A stretch of DNA of 64,000 bases from Mobula hypostoma (GCF_963921235.1 NC_086097.1:32428001-32492000), one strand, 5' to 3'. Positions 10,759 to 24,555 are shown, counted from the stretch's first letter. Translations and numbers: made by a program. Notes: generated by a model not told the origin, from the sequence alone.

Positions 10759-13689
10759 AGGGATCAGTCCCAACACTGACTCTGAGGCACACCACTTGTC
10801 ACTGGCAGCCAACCAGAAAAAGCCCTGTTCATTCCCACCCTTTGCCTCCTGCCAGTCAGCCAATCATCTAACCACGCTAGTACCTTCTCTGTAATACTAC
10901 GGGCGCTCCTGTTGTTGAGCAGCCTCGTGTGCAGCACTGTGCTAACTGCCTTCTGAAAATCCAAGAATACATTACCCATCGATTCTGTCCTGCTTGTATT
11001 TCCTCAGAAAATTCCAACAGATTTGTCAGGCAAAATTTCCCCTTCGGAAAACATGCTGACTTTAGCCTACTTTATCATGTGCTTCCAAGTACCCAAAACC
11101 TCATCATTAATAATAGACTCCAACCACTGAAGTTAAACTAACTGGCCTATAATTTTCTTTCTTTTGCCTCCCTCCCTTCTTAAAGAATGGAATGAAATTT
11201 GCAATTTTCCATTCCTCAGGAACCATTCCAGAATCTTGTGATTCTTTAAAGATCATTACTAATGCCTCCACAATATCTTCAGTTACCTCTTTCAAACCGA
11301 GGTTTAGTCTATCTGGTCCAGGTGACTTATCAACTGTCAAGCTTTTCAGCTTCCCTGGAACCTTCTCTTTAGTGATAGCAATGACACCTCTGTCCCCTGA
11401 CCCCTCATTTCTGGCATTCTGCTAAAGTCTTCCACAATGAAGACTGATGGAAAATACATATTAAGTTTGTCAGCCATTTCTTTATCCCCCATTACTATCT
11501 CTTCAGTATCATTTTTCCAGCAGTCCAGTATCCACTCTCATCTCTCTTTATATATCTGAAAAAGCTTCTTTTGTACCCTTTTATATATTGGCTAATTTAC
11601 CTTCGTATTTCATTTTTTCTCTTTTTTTTGTTGTTGCCTTCTGTTGGTTTTGAAAGCTTCCCAGTCCTCTAACTTCCCACTACTTCGTACTGCACGTCCT
11701 TTTTTCCCTTTATGCTGTCTTTGACTTCCCTTGTCATCCATGGTTGCCTCATCCTCCCTTTAGAATACTACTTCATCTCTGGGATGTATATATCCTGCTG
11801 CTGCTGCTGCTGCAAATTGCTCCCAGAAACTCCAGTCATCCCTGCTAGTGTTCCCTTCCAATCAACTTTGGCCAGCTTCTCTCTTGTGCTCCTTTAATTC
11901 CCTTTACTCCACTGCAATACTGATACATCCAATTGAAACTTCTCCTTCTCAAACTGCAGGGTGAATTCTATCATATTAAGATCATAGTCTCTGAAGTGTT
12001 CATTATCTAATCAAATCTGGTTCATTATAAACATCCAATCCAGAATTGCCTTCCCCTAGTGGCCTCAGCCACAAGCTGCTCTAAAAAGCATCTTGTAGGC
12101 ATTTGATAAGTTCCATCTCTCGGGGTACAGCCCAAAACTGATTTTCCCTATCTGCACATTGAAGTCCCCCATGACTACGGTAACATTGCCCTTTTTACAT
12201 GCCTTTTCTATCTCCCCTTGTAATGTGAAGCCCACATCCTGATATATATATACATCTCCTTGGATGTTAAACTCCCAATTATGATCTTCATTCAGCCATG
12301 ATTCAGTGATGCCCACAATGTCATACATGCCAATCTGTAACTGCTCTGGAAGATCACCTTCCTTATTTGGTATACTGCATGCATTCAAAAATATAACACC
12401 TTCAGTCCTGTACTCATCACATTTTTTGATTTTGGTCTCCTGTAACACTTAACTCATCCCACTGACAGCAATTTTGCCCCATCATCTGCCTGTCTTTCCT
12501 TATAGTCTCACTACACACTGCATCTAGTTGTATATCAACTGTCCCATCCTCAGTCCTAGCACTCTGGATCCCATTCCCCTGCCAAATTAGTTTAAACCTT
12601 CCCACAAGAAAATGGGTTCCCCTCAGGTTCAGGTGTAACCCATCCTTTTTGTACAGATCATATCTTCCCCAGAAGAGATCCCAATGATCCAGAAATCCAA
12701 ATTCCAGCCCCCTGCTCCCATTCTTCAGTCACACATTCATCTGCCAGATCATCCTGTTTTTACCCTCACTGGCATGTGGCACAGACAGCAATCCAGAGAT
12801 TACTACCCGAGAGGTCCTGCTTTTCAGCTTTCTGCCCAACTCCCTATATTCTCTCTTCAAGACCTCCTCCCTTTCCCTACCTATATCATTGATACCAATA
12901 TGTACCTTGATTTCTGGCTGTTCACCCTCCTCCTTAAGGATGGTGTGAACCTGACCCTGGCACCTGGGAGGCAACATACCATCTCTCTTTCACATCCACA
13001 GAACCAGAGGGAGGTGATAGGCCGATGAGAATGGGAGGTACAGACATTCCTGTTTCTAGCGTTGCTTTATGAATATACAATCAATGTATACAAGCTATCT
13101 ATGTATTTATTTATATTTATTGTTTTTTGTTCCCCTTGATATTTGTGTACTGGAAATGACATTAAATGATCTTGAATCTTGGTCACATGAGTGTAAGTGG
13201 GTGATGCGGGTTCATTGGGCTGGAGGAAGGAAGGAGGTAGCGGTGGAAAATGGCAGGAGATAGGTGAGCCTAGGTGAGGGGCAATGTGCATCGGGTCATG
13301 TGGGGAGTGAAGTAAGAAGCTGGAGGAGGTAAAGGGCTGAAGAAGGAGGAATCTGATGGGAGAGGAGTGTGGACCATAGAAGAAAGGGGAGGGTGGGAAC
13401 CGGGGTGGTGATGGACCAATGGGTGACATGATAATTAGAATGGAGAATGAAAAAAAAGAGAAGGGGAGGGGGGTAGAATTTACTGGAAGGTAAGAGAAAT
13501 CAATGTTATATGATGCTATTTACCTCTGATTTTGCTACAAGTAGGTTTTGGAGTAGGTTAAAAGATTGGCACAACATGGTGCACCTGTTTCTGTACTGTT
13601 CTGTGTTCTACATTGTTCCCATTAGTCAGTCAGCATCTGCACTCTGGGCCATTTCCACAACACAATCTCCAAGGTTAAAATTTTTCTTT

Positions 13690-14342
13690 TTTTTGAAAAC
13701 AGACAATACATAGAAATACAAAATATATGCAGTCTTTCGACATTCATTCCCTTCTCCTCCCCTCCCAATTAGATTTTCTTTCCAAGGCTCCTGTGCTCAG
13801 AATATGTTGCAAATGGTTACAATTAAAAGAAAAAAATATTAATCTTTGCTGGCATTCCCAGGGGTGTGCAGGGAAGTGGGGGGGGGGGTGTTGAGCTGAG
13901 GGACAGGGTTGTGCAACAGGGGACTTGGAAATAATCCAAAAGCAGCTGCAAACCATCCTGAAAGCAAGGTGAAATGAAATATTGCACCAGTGAACGTCCT
14001 TGTAGCTTGTGTTCTTGAACAGAGTATGACATCAAATGTACAAAGTGGCACAGAATACAAAGCAAAGCTTCACACTTAACTATATATAATATACATATTT
14101 ATATATAAAACTTCAGTGCTACCAGGAGCACATAAATAGCATAGGGAAAAACAAACAAGCAGCGAACCACACACGAGCCGGGGACAGGGGACGGTACGCA
14201 GGTTTGCAGATTGCCGAAGTCAGATCCTTGCAAAGGAAAACAATTGTCATAGAGAGAAAACAAAGCAGCTAACTCCGAGCGAAGGCATCCCTGGAGAGGT
14301 GGGAGAGGTGCTCCTCCAAGCTGTTGTCCCTCTACCGCCTTT
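13690..14342 (-). other. TMED8: probable TMED8 3' UTR (3' end not determined)
   Basis: Unique non-repeat sequence directly after the stop codon; no canonical AATAAA seen in this stretch. Confidence 0.5.
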
Positions 14343-14560
14343 TCACGAGCTGTAGTTGACCTGGTAGTACAAGGTTTTGTGCCTCCATATGGAGTAGGAA
14401 TTGTCGAATTTGAGGAGGTAGATTCCCTGGCCCGGGTACTTGTGACTGCCGGACTGCAGCTCCAAGTGACTGTCCTTTCGGTAGACAGGCAGGATCTCTT
14501 CCAGGTCAGAGCGGACGAAATCTTTAGTTCCCCTCTCAATGTCTCCGTGGATTGGGGGTG
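14343..14560 (-). CDS. TMED8: TMED8 last coding exon, C-terminal GOLD domain to stop codon
   Basis: GDIERG...[46 protein letters not shown]; acceptor ttgttccttag| at 14561-14562; phase 1 in; the six exons total 918 nt = 305 aa plus stop. Confidence 0.95.
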
Positions 14561-15851
14561 CTAAGGAACAATGCAGGAGGATATTAATAGCAGAAGAGGA
14601 TGGAACAGGCAAGGAATGGCTGGGACGGAGGGAGATGATTTAGCATGGCTGGGTACACAGGCAGCTACATCAGGGGATGAGCTATTCTTAGATGGTCTTC
14701 TACCAGTTAGCATCTGATACCAGCTGATCAAACATTAGGCAAACCAGCCAAGTGGGGACTCCTGCCTGCAGACACGTAATACATTTGGTTTATTGTTGCT
14801 ACGGGAGGTGGGGAGGGGGAAGAGGGAGGCACATCCCTCCTCATAGTATCTGCTGAAAGGCAACATCTACCCAGTAAGAATACTGGTAAATGCTGCCTGA
14901 ATTAGAGAGCAGGTCTTATGAGGAGAGATTGAGCGAGCTAGGGCTTTTCTCCTTCGAGCAAAGAGGGATGAGAGGTGATTTGACAGAGGTGTACAAGGTA
15001 ATAAGAAGCATAGATCAAGTGAATAGCTGGTGCCTTTATCCCAGGGCAAACAATGCTGATAGGAGGGGATATAATTTTATGGTGGAGGTAAGTATGGAGG
15101 TGATGTCGGAGTTCAGTTGCTTTGGTTTACACAGAGAGTGATGGTGTGTGGAATGTGCTGCCATGGATGGTGGTAGAGGCACTTTAAGAAACTCTCAGGT
15201 GGGCACAAGGATGAAAGAAAAGTGGAGGGCTATGTGGGAGAGAAGGGTTAGATTGATCTTAAAGCAGGTTAAAAGGCAGGCATAACGTTGTGGGATGAAG
15301 GGTCTGTACTCCGAGTTACCTGTACAACGTCAGCTCAGCATCACTCCTGGCACTGCGGTCCCCAGCGTATCCAACAGTCCATCTATATGTCACCAAAGAG
15401 TCTAACAAATTTCTACAGATGTACTGTGAAGAGCGTTCTGACAATATCTGGTATGGAAGGGCCACTGCACAGCATCGGAAATAGCTACAGATGGTTGTAA
15501 ATTCAGCCAGCTCCATCATGGGCACAACACTCCCCATCAATAGGGATATCTTGAAAAGGAAATGCCTCAAAAAGGCAGCATCCATCATGAAAGATCTTCA
15601 CCATCTGGGACATGCCCTCTTCTTAGTAATATCATTAGAGAGGAGGTGCAGGAGCCTGAAGGCACACTCTCAACAACTTAGGAACAGCTTCTTCCCCAAT
15701 GCCATCAGATTACCGAACGGTCCATGAACACTACCTCACTATTTTGCTTTCTAATTATTTACTTTTTACATTTCTTATTGTAACTTATTAGTAATTTATT
15801 TTTATGTATTGCATTGTACTGCTGCTGCACTATAACAGATTTCACCACATA

Positions 15852-15899
15852 CAGTACTGTGCAAAAGTGTTAGGTACATAAGACCTTTGCACAGTACTA
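15852..15899. mobile_element. tiny Tc1/mariner-type MITE
   Basis: TA-flanked CAGTACTGTGCAAAAG...CTTTGCACAGTACTA inverted repeat, interrupting a Rex 3' tail. Confidence 0.65.
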
Positions 15900-16107
15900 T
15901 ATAGGTCAGTGACAATAAACCTGATTTTGATTCTACCACTCAAATCACTTTCCAACTTACCCATTGGCACTTAGTAATTGTTATGCATGGGCATCTGGCT
16001 GGTCTTTCACTCACCAAGCTCATACGCAGCTAAACGGGATGATTCCACGTAAACTAGACTGAATTTCCAGAACTGAATGGATAAGTGGTAAGGGAATGAC
16101 TCAAAAT

Positions 16108-17120
16108 GTTCTGCATGGAGATCAGTGATCTGTTGTAGGACCCCTACTCTCCGTGATTTTTATAAATGACCTGGATGAGGAAGTGGAGGGATGGGTTAGT
16201 AAATTTGCTGATGACACAAAGGTTGGGGGTGTTGTGCATAGTGTGGAGTGCTGTCAGAGGTTACAGCGGGACATTGATAGGATGTAAAACTGGGTTGAGA
16301 AGTGGCAGATGGAGTTCAACCCAGGTAAGTGTGAGATGGTTCATTTTGGTAGGTCAAATATAATGACAGAATATAGTATTACTGGTAAGACTACATGGTG
16401 TGGAGGATCCAAGGGATCTTGGGGTCCAAGTCCATAGGACACTCAAAGCTGCTGCACAGGTTGTCTCTGTGGTTAAGAAAACATACAGTGCATTGGCCTT
16501 CATCAATCATGGGACTGAGTTTAGGAGCCGAAAGATATTGCTGCAGCTATATAGGACCCTGGTCAGACCCCACTTGGAGTACTGTGCTCAGTTCTGGTCG
16601 CCTCACTACAGGAAAGATGTGAAAACCATAGAAGGGGTGCAGAGGAGATTTACAAGGATATTGCCTGAACTGGGGAGCATGCCTTATGAGAATAGGTTGA
16701 GTGAACTTGGCCTTTTTTCCTTGGTGTGACGGAGGATGAGAGGTGACCTGACAGGTGTACAAGATGATAGAGGCATTGATCGTGTAGATAGTCACAGGCT
16801 TTTTCCCAGGGCTGAAATGGCTAGCACGAGAGGACACAGTTTTAAGGTGCTTGGAAGTAGGTACAGAGGAGATGTCAGGGGTAAGTATTTTTTTTTACAC
16901 AGAGAGTGGTGAGTGTGTGGAATGGGCTGCCAGTGACAGTGGTGGAGGCGGACACGATAGGGTCTTTTAAGAGACTTCTGGACAGGTACATAGAACTCAG
17001 AAAAATAGAGGGCTATACGTAACCAGAGGTAACTTCTAAGGTAAGGACATGTTTGGCACAGCTTTGTGGGCTGAAGGGCCTGTATTGTGCTGTAGGTTTT
17101 CTACATTTCCATGTTTCTGT
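16108..17120 (+). mobile_element. CR1 LINE 3' fragment
   Basis: [41 protein letters not shown] motifs; CR1 3' end. Confidence 0.9.
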
Positions 17121-17479
17121 GTTTATATTGACTCACAGATGAACATTGAGTCTCAGATTCAGGAATGAAGGGTACAAGAACAGGTTGTCAATGGGGCAGT
17201 TAGAGTGACAGAGACAGGTCCTTTAGCCCAGCTGGCCCATGCTGACCAACATATCCCTTCCAAGCTAGTCCCATTTCCAGCATTTGGCTCATAACCGTAT
17301 AAACCTTTCCAAACCACGTCCCTGTCCGACTACTTTTTAAAAGTTATTACTGTGCCTGTCTCAACCACTTCCTATGTAGTTCATTCCAAATACATCCCAT
17401 ACCATGTGTGAAAAAAGTTGCCCTTGAAGTTCCTACTAAATCCACCTCCCCCCCACCAATCTTACTGGCAAACGTACAG

Positions 17480-18950
17480 TCTCTAGTAAATAAAATCGAA
17501 GGCTAAAAGCGGAGGGATATTTCGAGAGTGAAGAAACGATTCCAAGCGAGGTTGGAGGTGACATCGAATGTACATGAGCTCTGGCAGGGCTTGTGGCACA
17601 TTACTTCCTAAAAAGCGACACCCAATTGCATGAATGGCAGTAATGCTTCACCGCCAGAAGAGCTCAGTGCCTTCTATGGCCACTTTGAAAGGGAGAGTAT
17701 TTTGAAGATCCCTGCTGCACCTGGTGACCCTGTGATCTCTGTCTCGGGGGCCGGTGTCAGAGTGTCTTTCAGGAGGGTGAGCCCTGATGGAGTACCTGGT
17801 AAGGCTCTGAAAACTTGAGTCAAGGACATTTTCAACCTCTCACTGCTATGATCGGAAGTTCCCACCTGTTTCAAAAAGGCAATAATTATACCAGTGATTA
17901 GAAGAGTAGTGTGAGCTGCCTTAATGACTATCATCCAGTAGCACTTACATCTACAGTGATGAAATGTTTTGAGAGGTTGGTCATGGCTAGAATCGACTCC
18001 TGCCTCAGCAAGGACCTGAACCCACTGCAATTTGCCTATCGCCACATAGGTCTACAGCAGACACAATCTAAATGGCTCTTCACACAGCCTTAGATCACCT
18101 GGACAATATAAACACCTATGTCAGGATGCTGTTCGTTGACTACAACTCAGTATTTAACAACATCATTCACACAGTCCTCATCGATAAGCTACAGAATCTG
18201 GGCCTCTGTATCTCCCTCTCCAATTGGATCCTCGACTTCTTAACCGGAAGACAATCTGTGCAGATTGGTGATAATATCTCCTCGCTGACGATCAGCACTG
18301 GTGCACCTCAGGGGTGTGTGTTTAGCCCATTGCACCACTCTCTCTATATCCATGACTGTGTGGCTAGGTATAGTTCAAATGCCATCTATAAATTTGCTGA
18401 TGATACAACTACTGTTGGTAGAATCTCGGATGGAGATGAGGGGGTTACAGGAGTGAGATATACCAGCCAGTTGAGTGGCGTTACAGCAACATCCTTGCAC
18501 TCAATGTCAGTAAGACAAAAGAGCTGATTGTGGACTTCAGGGTAAGATGAGGGAACACATACTAATCCTCACAGAAGGATCAGAAGTGAAGAGAGTGAGC
18601 AATTTCAAGTTCCTGGGTGTCAAGATCTTTAAGATTCTAACCTGGTCCCAACATATCAATTCAACTATAAAGAAGGCAAGGCAGTGACTATATTTCATTA
18701 GGAGTTTGAAGATATTTGGTTTGTCACCTAAAACACTCAAAAACTTCCATAGATGTCCCATGTAAAGCATTCTGACAAGCTGCATAACCCCCTGGTATGG
18801 GGGGTATGGAGTGGAGCTACTGCACAGGACCAAAAGAAGCTACAGAAAGTTGTAAAATTAGTCACCCCCATCTTGGGTACCAGTCTCTGTAGTATCCAAG
18901 ACACCTTCAAAGAGCGGTGCTTTGGAAAGGCAGCGTCCATTATTAAGGAC
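17480..18950 (+). mobile_element. Rex/Babar LINE RT fragment
   Basis: [55 protein letters not shown] motifs. Confidence 0.88.
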
Positions 18951-20294
18951 TCTCCGCCTTCATACCGAGGATCACTTTACGGTGTTCCACGAAGTACCAG
19001 GTGTGTGAAATGGCACATGCCCAGAATGGATCCGACAGCTCAGGTGGGTAGTGGTGCCACAACAATCTCTCTCTCAGTGCCGGCAAAACTACACAGCTGG
19101 TTGCTAGCTGCAGGAAAGCCAAGGAGGGTGAAGATGTGCCAGTCTATAGTGGGGGATCAGCAGTGGAGAGAGTCAGTAGCTTTTAATCCCTGGAAATGGC
19201 CTGTCACGAGCTCAGCACGTAGATGGCAATCATAAAGAAAGCACATCAGCATCTTTACTTTCTCAGGAGGTTCGGCCCTTCACCAGACACTGTAATAAGC
19301 TTCTGCGGATGTACTGTTGAAAGTATCCTGACTGGTTGTACCACAGCCTGGTGCAGCAATCCAAATGCACAGGAATGTAACAAGCTGCAGAGAGCAGTGG
19401 CCTCAACTCAATACATTACAGACACATCCCTCCCCACCATCAGGAAGCGCTGTCTTGAGGAGGCAACATCCATCATCAATGATTCTCTACCATCTGGGCC
19501 ACCTTATCTTCTCACAGCTGTCATGGGCAGGAGGTCAATGCAGAGGATCATAAAAGGCAGCAGAGAGTTGTAGCCTCAGCCAGCTCCATCATTCAGGACA
19601 TTTTGAAAGGTAATATATCAAGAAGATGCCATCCAGGACATGAAGAACCCAGGATATGCCCTCTTCTCATTACTGCCATCAGGGAGGGGTACAGGAGCAT
19701 GAAGACCCACTCATGTTTTAGCAACAGCCTCTTCTCTGCCATCAGATTTCTGAACAGTCCATGAACACTACCTCGCTATTCCTCTTTTGCACAATTTATT
19801 CTTATTCTAACTTCTTGTAATCTGTAAAGCCGGTACTGCTGCCACAAAACAACAAACACTACTACACGTCACGTCAGTGACAATGAACCTGACTCTGATG
19901 CTGTGTGCCTGCGATGCTGCTGCAAGGTTTTCATTGCACCTGTGCACACATGGATGTGCATATGACAACAGACTCAATTTTCATTTTTGACTCTGAGATC
20001 CAGGCAGCCGCAGGTTGCTGTCAGTCTCTAGGGGTAGCAGCATAATGCTTATGCCCAGCCTGTATGCAAACATCTCACCCCTGCAATCATCATAGGACCA
20101 GAATGAGCATTTCAGAAGGGTGCGCCAGTAGCCATAACAATCCTAAAAATTAAATACCATTCAAGTAAAGCTCGAACATAGGACAACGAGCGTGCTAAGC
20201 AGAAACAGTAACCTGCGATAGGCCTGACCATCATTAACAGTTCTGCTGCCCTGTCACATCCCACTGTAAATAAATGACAGTAAAGGGATTAGTG

Positions 20295-20580
20295 TTATTT
20301 GTCACATGTACATTGAAGCATCGAAACATAGTGATATGCATTGTTTGTTAATAATCGACACAGTCCGGTGGCAGCCCACAAGTGTCGCCACACTTCCGGC
20401 ACCAACATAGCATGCCTGTAACTTACTAACCCCTAACCCATGTCTTTGGAAACCGGAACACCCGGAGGAAACCCAGAGTCGGAGGATAACGTACAAACTC
20501 CTTAAAGACAGCAGCAGGAATTGAACCCTGATTGCTGGTGCTGTAAAGCATTGCGTAACCTCCACTCTGCTGTGCTGCCC
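20295..20580 (-). mobile_element. tRNA-derived V-SINE (HE1-like); further copies at ~21640-21800(-), 29405-29700(+), 40340-40575(+), 45065-45350(-), 56330-56575(+), 62895-63200(-)
   Basis: B-box GGTTCAATTCC followed by the V-domain GAGTTTGTACGTT..CTCC...GGGTTTCCTCCGGGTG.TCCGGTTTCC. Confidence 0.75.
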
Positions 20581-22481
20581 ACAACGGGACAAGGAAATTC
20601 AACATGGCGAGGAGACTTTCTGAACACCCCTCATTCTCCAACAACTGCCAGTACTGACACGTCAGCGCAAAGCCCAGAGTGAAGTGTTTGCAGCCACCTT
20701 CAGCCAGGTGTACTTCAAGGTTACTGGTGAGGCCACACTTGGAGTATTGTGTACTATTCTGGTCACCCTGTTACAGGAAAGACGTGGAAGTGCAGGGAAG
20801 ATTTACGAGGATTTTGCCAGGACTAGTGGGCCTGGGTTAGAGGGAGAGGTTGTCCAGCCTGGGTCTTGATTCACTGGAATGAAGGAGAATGAGTGGTGAT
20901 GTCATAGAAATGTTTAAAGTTATGAGAGACATAGATAAGGTGGGGGGGGGGGAAGAGACCAAAACTAGTGGGTATAGGTTTAGGGTGAGAGGGGAAAGAT
21001 TTAAAAGGGACCTGAGGGATAACCTTTTCATGCAGAAGGTGGTGAGTATATAGAATGAGCTGCAGGAAAGTGGTTGAGGCAGGTGAAATTATAGATTTAA
21101 GCAGCACATGTGGATAGGTACATGGGTCGAATGCAGGAAATTGAGACCAGCTGGGTGGGCACCATGGCCATCATGGACTGATTGAGCTGAAGGGCCTGAA
21201 TCTGTCTGACAAGAGGCAAAACTGACTACACTCAAAACAATAGCAACTACGAAACAAGATCACAGTCTGTCTGTCAGCTACACTCAGTACACAACAAGCA
21301 GGGTGGGTCAAATCTAACTAATTACTTTCCTTGCCTATTCTCAGCCATCAGCAAAATGGTGGGATGTGTCACTGCCACAATACGTTATTCAGCAAAGCTG
21401 AGAGTTCTGCCAGGACTACACTGCTCTTGCCCCCATTGTGGCCCTTTGCCCAAATCTGAATCAGAGTGCTGGATTTCAGAGGAGAGGTGTTCCAACAAGC
21501 ATGGCAATAAACAGTTTAGTTAAAAGAGAATCAAGTGTAGTCAGGAGCAAAAATCTCCATGGGAAAGAGTTATACCATGCATCATTTTTTAAAACGTAGA
21601 GATGGCATGGTAACAGGCCCTTCCAGCTCAACGAGCTGTGTGGTCCTATTACTCCCATGTTACTAAATAACTTACCAACCTGCAGCTCTTTGGAAGGTGG
21701 GAGAAAACCTACATGGTCCAGGAAGAACCTGCGAATTCCTTGCAGTGGAATTGAAACACGAGTTGCTGGTGTTTTGGTAGCTTTATGCTAACCGCTACGC
21801 TCTCGTGCGGCCATGAACGGAAATGTGATTGTGGTTGCTGGGCCACAGTGGACACTCAATCGTGTTTGCTAATTCATCAAGGTCTTGTCTCCACACCTTG
21901 GTCAGAGGTGAGGGCATTCCCTGATGCCAAGACAACTCCATTTACCGTTCCTGAGATAATAAAGCTGTCTATAGCTAACGCACAGAAGCTGTATGTGGCC
22001 AAACAACATTCACGTCACTGAAGCAAGGCTTCAACAAGAGGTGTCCTGGACACATTCCCTCAACGTTCCGCAATTAAATTGGTTTATTATTGTCACACGT
22101 ACAGACGTACAGTGAAAAACTGTTCTACATGCCATCCATTTCAACAGTACGTCAAGGTAGTATAAGGACTGAGACAACACGCACATAGGCATAGCATCCT
22201 TCTGAGCATTGAAAAATCTATATAGTGAGGACATGGACAGGATGTTTCCAAAAATGGGAGAGTCTAGGACCAGAGGCTAGGATCAGAATACAAGGATATC
22301 CTTTTATAACAGGCACGAGGAGGAATTTCTTCAAAACATAGATTACAGCACAATACAGGCCTCTCGGCTATATTCGTGCTGATCCTATAACTTACTCTAA
22401 GATCAATCTAACTTCTCCCTCTTACACAGCCTTCCGATTTTCTATCATCCATCTAAGAGTTTCTTAAATGTCCCTAACGTC

Positions 22482-23733
22482 AGAATCAGAATCAGGTTTA
22501 TTATCAACGGCATGTGATGTGAAATTTGTTTACTTAGCAGCAGCAGTTCAATGCAATACATAATCTAGCAGAAAGAAAAAAAAAATCAAAACATGATAAT
22601 AATAATAGATAAACAAGTAAATCAATTACGTATACAGGGTGTCCCCAGATTATGAACAAGTTCCGTCCCTAAGTCTGTCTTTAAGTCAGATTTGTACGTA
22701 AGTCGGAACAGGTACATCCGGTATTATTTAGCGTCAATTAGTCAAGCGTTTGTCTTAGTATATAGTATATATTTTACCTTTCTATGCATATAAAATACTT
22801 AACAAACGTATGAATTTCAATAATTAAACCACTGCGTTGCTTAGTAATAATTGTAGCTTTCATCGGGGCAGGGCCTTTCACATGCTTCATTATTCTCACT
22901 TTATCCTTTAAAATTGTTCCAATCGTTGATCGACTGTAGCTTAATGCTTTTCTAATGACCGATGGCATTTAACCTCTTTCCAATCGTTTTATTATTTCCA
23001 CTTTATTTTCAATTGTGATCGTTTTCCGTCAACGGAACAGAAACATTGCAGATTCAGCAGCAGCCGCAGGCGACGGGTCCGGAGCTCCCCCGGGTCCTAA
23101 GGTCCACCCGCACTGAGACAGGTTAAATGAGACAAGTGGGGGTGGTGCTGACTGGAAAAGGCGGTGGGGGGGTCAGGGTGAATCTTGCTCAGAAAAAGTT
23201 AAGCCAAATACAAAGTTACACACTCAACACAGTGTTAACGATAACGTGATCCGACTTAAAATGGCGGACGGCGTTCTCCTTCCTTGAGCTGACGAATTTT
23301 TAATATGATAGGCTTTATGGCAGGCCGTTTGTAAGTACGAATTGTTCGTAAGCCAGACATTCGTAACTTGGGGAATAACTGTATTGAACAGATTTTAAAA
23401 AACGTGCGAAAACAGAAGTACTGTACATTTTAAAAAAAGTGAGGTAGTGTCCAAAGCTTCAATGTCCATTTAGGAATCGGATGGCAGAGAGGAAGAAGCT
23501 GTTCCTGAATCGCTGAGTGTGTGCCTTCAGGCTTCTGTACTTCCTACCTGATGGTAACAGTGAGAAAAGGGCATGCCCTGGGTGCTGGAGGTCCTTAATA
23601 ATGGACACTGCCTTTCTGAGACACCGCTCCCTAAAGATGTCCTGGGTACTTTGTAGGCTAGTGCCCAAGATGGAGCTGACTAGATTTACAGCCTTCTGCA
23701 GCTTCTTTCGGTCCTGTGCAGTAGCCCCTCCAT
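22482..23733 (-). mobile_element. Rex/Babar LINE 3' fragment hosting the Tigger insertion
   Basis: (AGAATC) tail at 22482; HALFSLLPSGRKYRSLKAHTQRFRNSFF; near-identical to the 49025-49864 copy. Confidence 0.85.
22635..23381 (-). mobile_element. Tigger/pogo DNA transposon internal-deletion derivative
   Basis: Imperfect TIRs (CAGGGTGTCCCCAGATTATGAA vs CAGTTATTCCCCAAGTTACGAA); TA TSD (uninterrupted host sequence seen at ~49151); CENP-B-type HTH remnant RKTITIENKVEIIKRLERG..RSTIGTILKDK. Confidence 0.85.
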
Positions 23734-24267
23734 ACGAGACAGTATCCGTCTCTACCACCACCCCTGGCAGTGCATTCCACGCACTCACCACTCTCATTGT
23801 ACAAAACTTAACTCTGACTTCCCTCCCTATATTTTCCACCAATCATCTTAAAATTACGCCCCTTGTATTAGCTATTTCCACCATGGGAAATAGTCTCTGG
23901 CAGTCCACTTGAACTATGCCTTTTATCATCCCTATCAAGTTAACCAGAGGGTGGTGAATCTGGAATTCACTGCCATAGACAGCTGTGGAGGCCAAGTCAT
24001 TGGGTATATTTAAAGCCGAGGTTGATAGGTTCTTGATTAGTAAAAGCATCAATGGTTATGGGGAGAAGGCAGGAGAATGGGGTTGGGAGGGATAATAAAT
24101 CAGTCAAGATTGAAGCTCGGAGTAGACTGAATGGGCTGAATGACTTAATTCTGCTTGCTTGTCTTATGGACATTCCTGCAGATACTGTGAGTGAAACAAA
24201 CACACATGTGGATATGTGAGACTCCCCCTGGATTGTGATTCTCTTTTGACAGAACGGAGGTCATTAC

Positions 24268-24555
24268 CTTCTGGGTCTTCGTCATCCTCGTCCTCACTGG
24301 ACTCGCTGACCTGCACAGTGACCTCTGTGTCGGTCACGGGCCCCCACTCAAAGTAAACCCCAAAGCCAATGTCATAGGTGTCCGTAGCAAAGTCCCAACG
24401 AATGCAGGTGCCCTCAGGGTGGGTGGGGACCCGGACAGTGACTACGTTCCCGCGCCGCACCGTCATCAGTCCCGTCTTTTCCCGCTTCACCTTTTCCTTA
24501 AATTCTTCAAGTTCTGTGGAAATCCAGGTAGCAGCAGCATCGATGACTGGAACAA
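24268..24555 (-). CDS. TMED8: TMED8 coding exon 5, N-terminal half of GOLD domain plus acidic loop
   Basis: EFKEKVKREK..VRRGNVVTVRVPTHPEG..WDFATDTYDIGFGVYFEW..QVSESSEDEDDE is the TMED8/ACBD3 GOLD signature; acceptor ctttgccttgcag|, donor G|GTAATG; 288 nt, phase 1/1. Confidence 0.95.

Larger units (their letters stand above)
7395..12975 (-). mobile_element. long degenerate CR1 LINE (ORF1 esterase region, endonuclease, RT, 3' end) interrupted by nested insertions
   Basis: VHIGINDIG (SGNH-esterase ORF1), DIVGITESWL and VVMGDFN (endonuclease), KSPGPD, NYRPVSLTSVV, FLDFQKA, VTSGVPQ; CR1 3' tail at ~7395. Confidence 0.85.

Noticed and set aside
14099..14539. 146-aa ORF overlapping the TMED8 last exon
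   Set aside because: Alternative frame of the real exon running into the UTR; no independent start or homology recognised
22774..23030. Domesticated TIGD/CENP-B gene
   Set aside because: Only an HTH fragment with a stop codon, inside a 747-bp TIR-bounded deletion derivative
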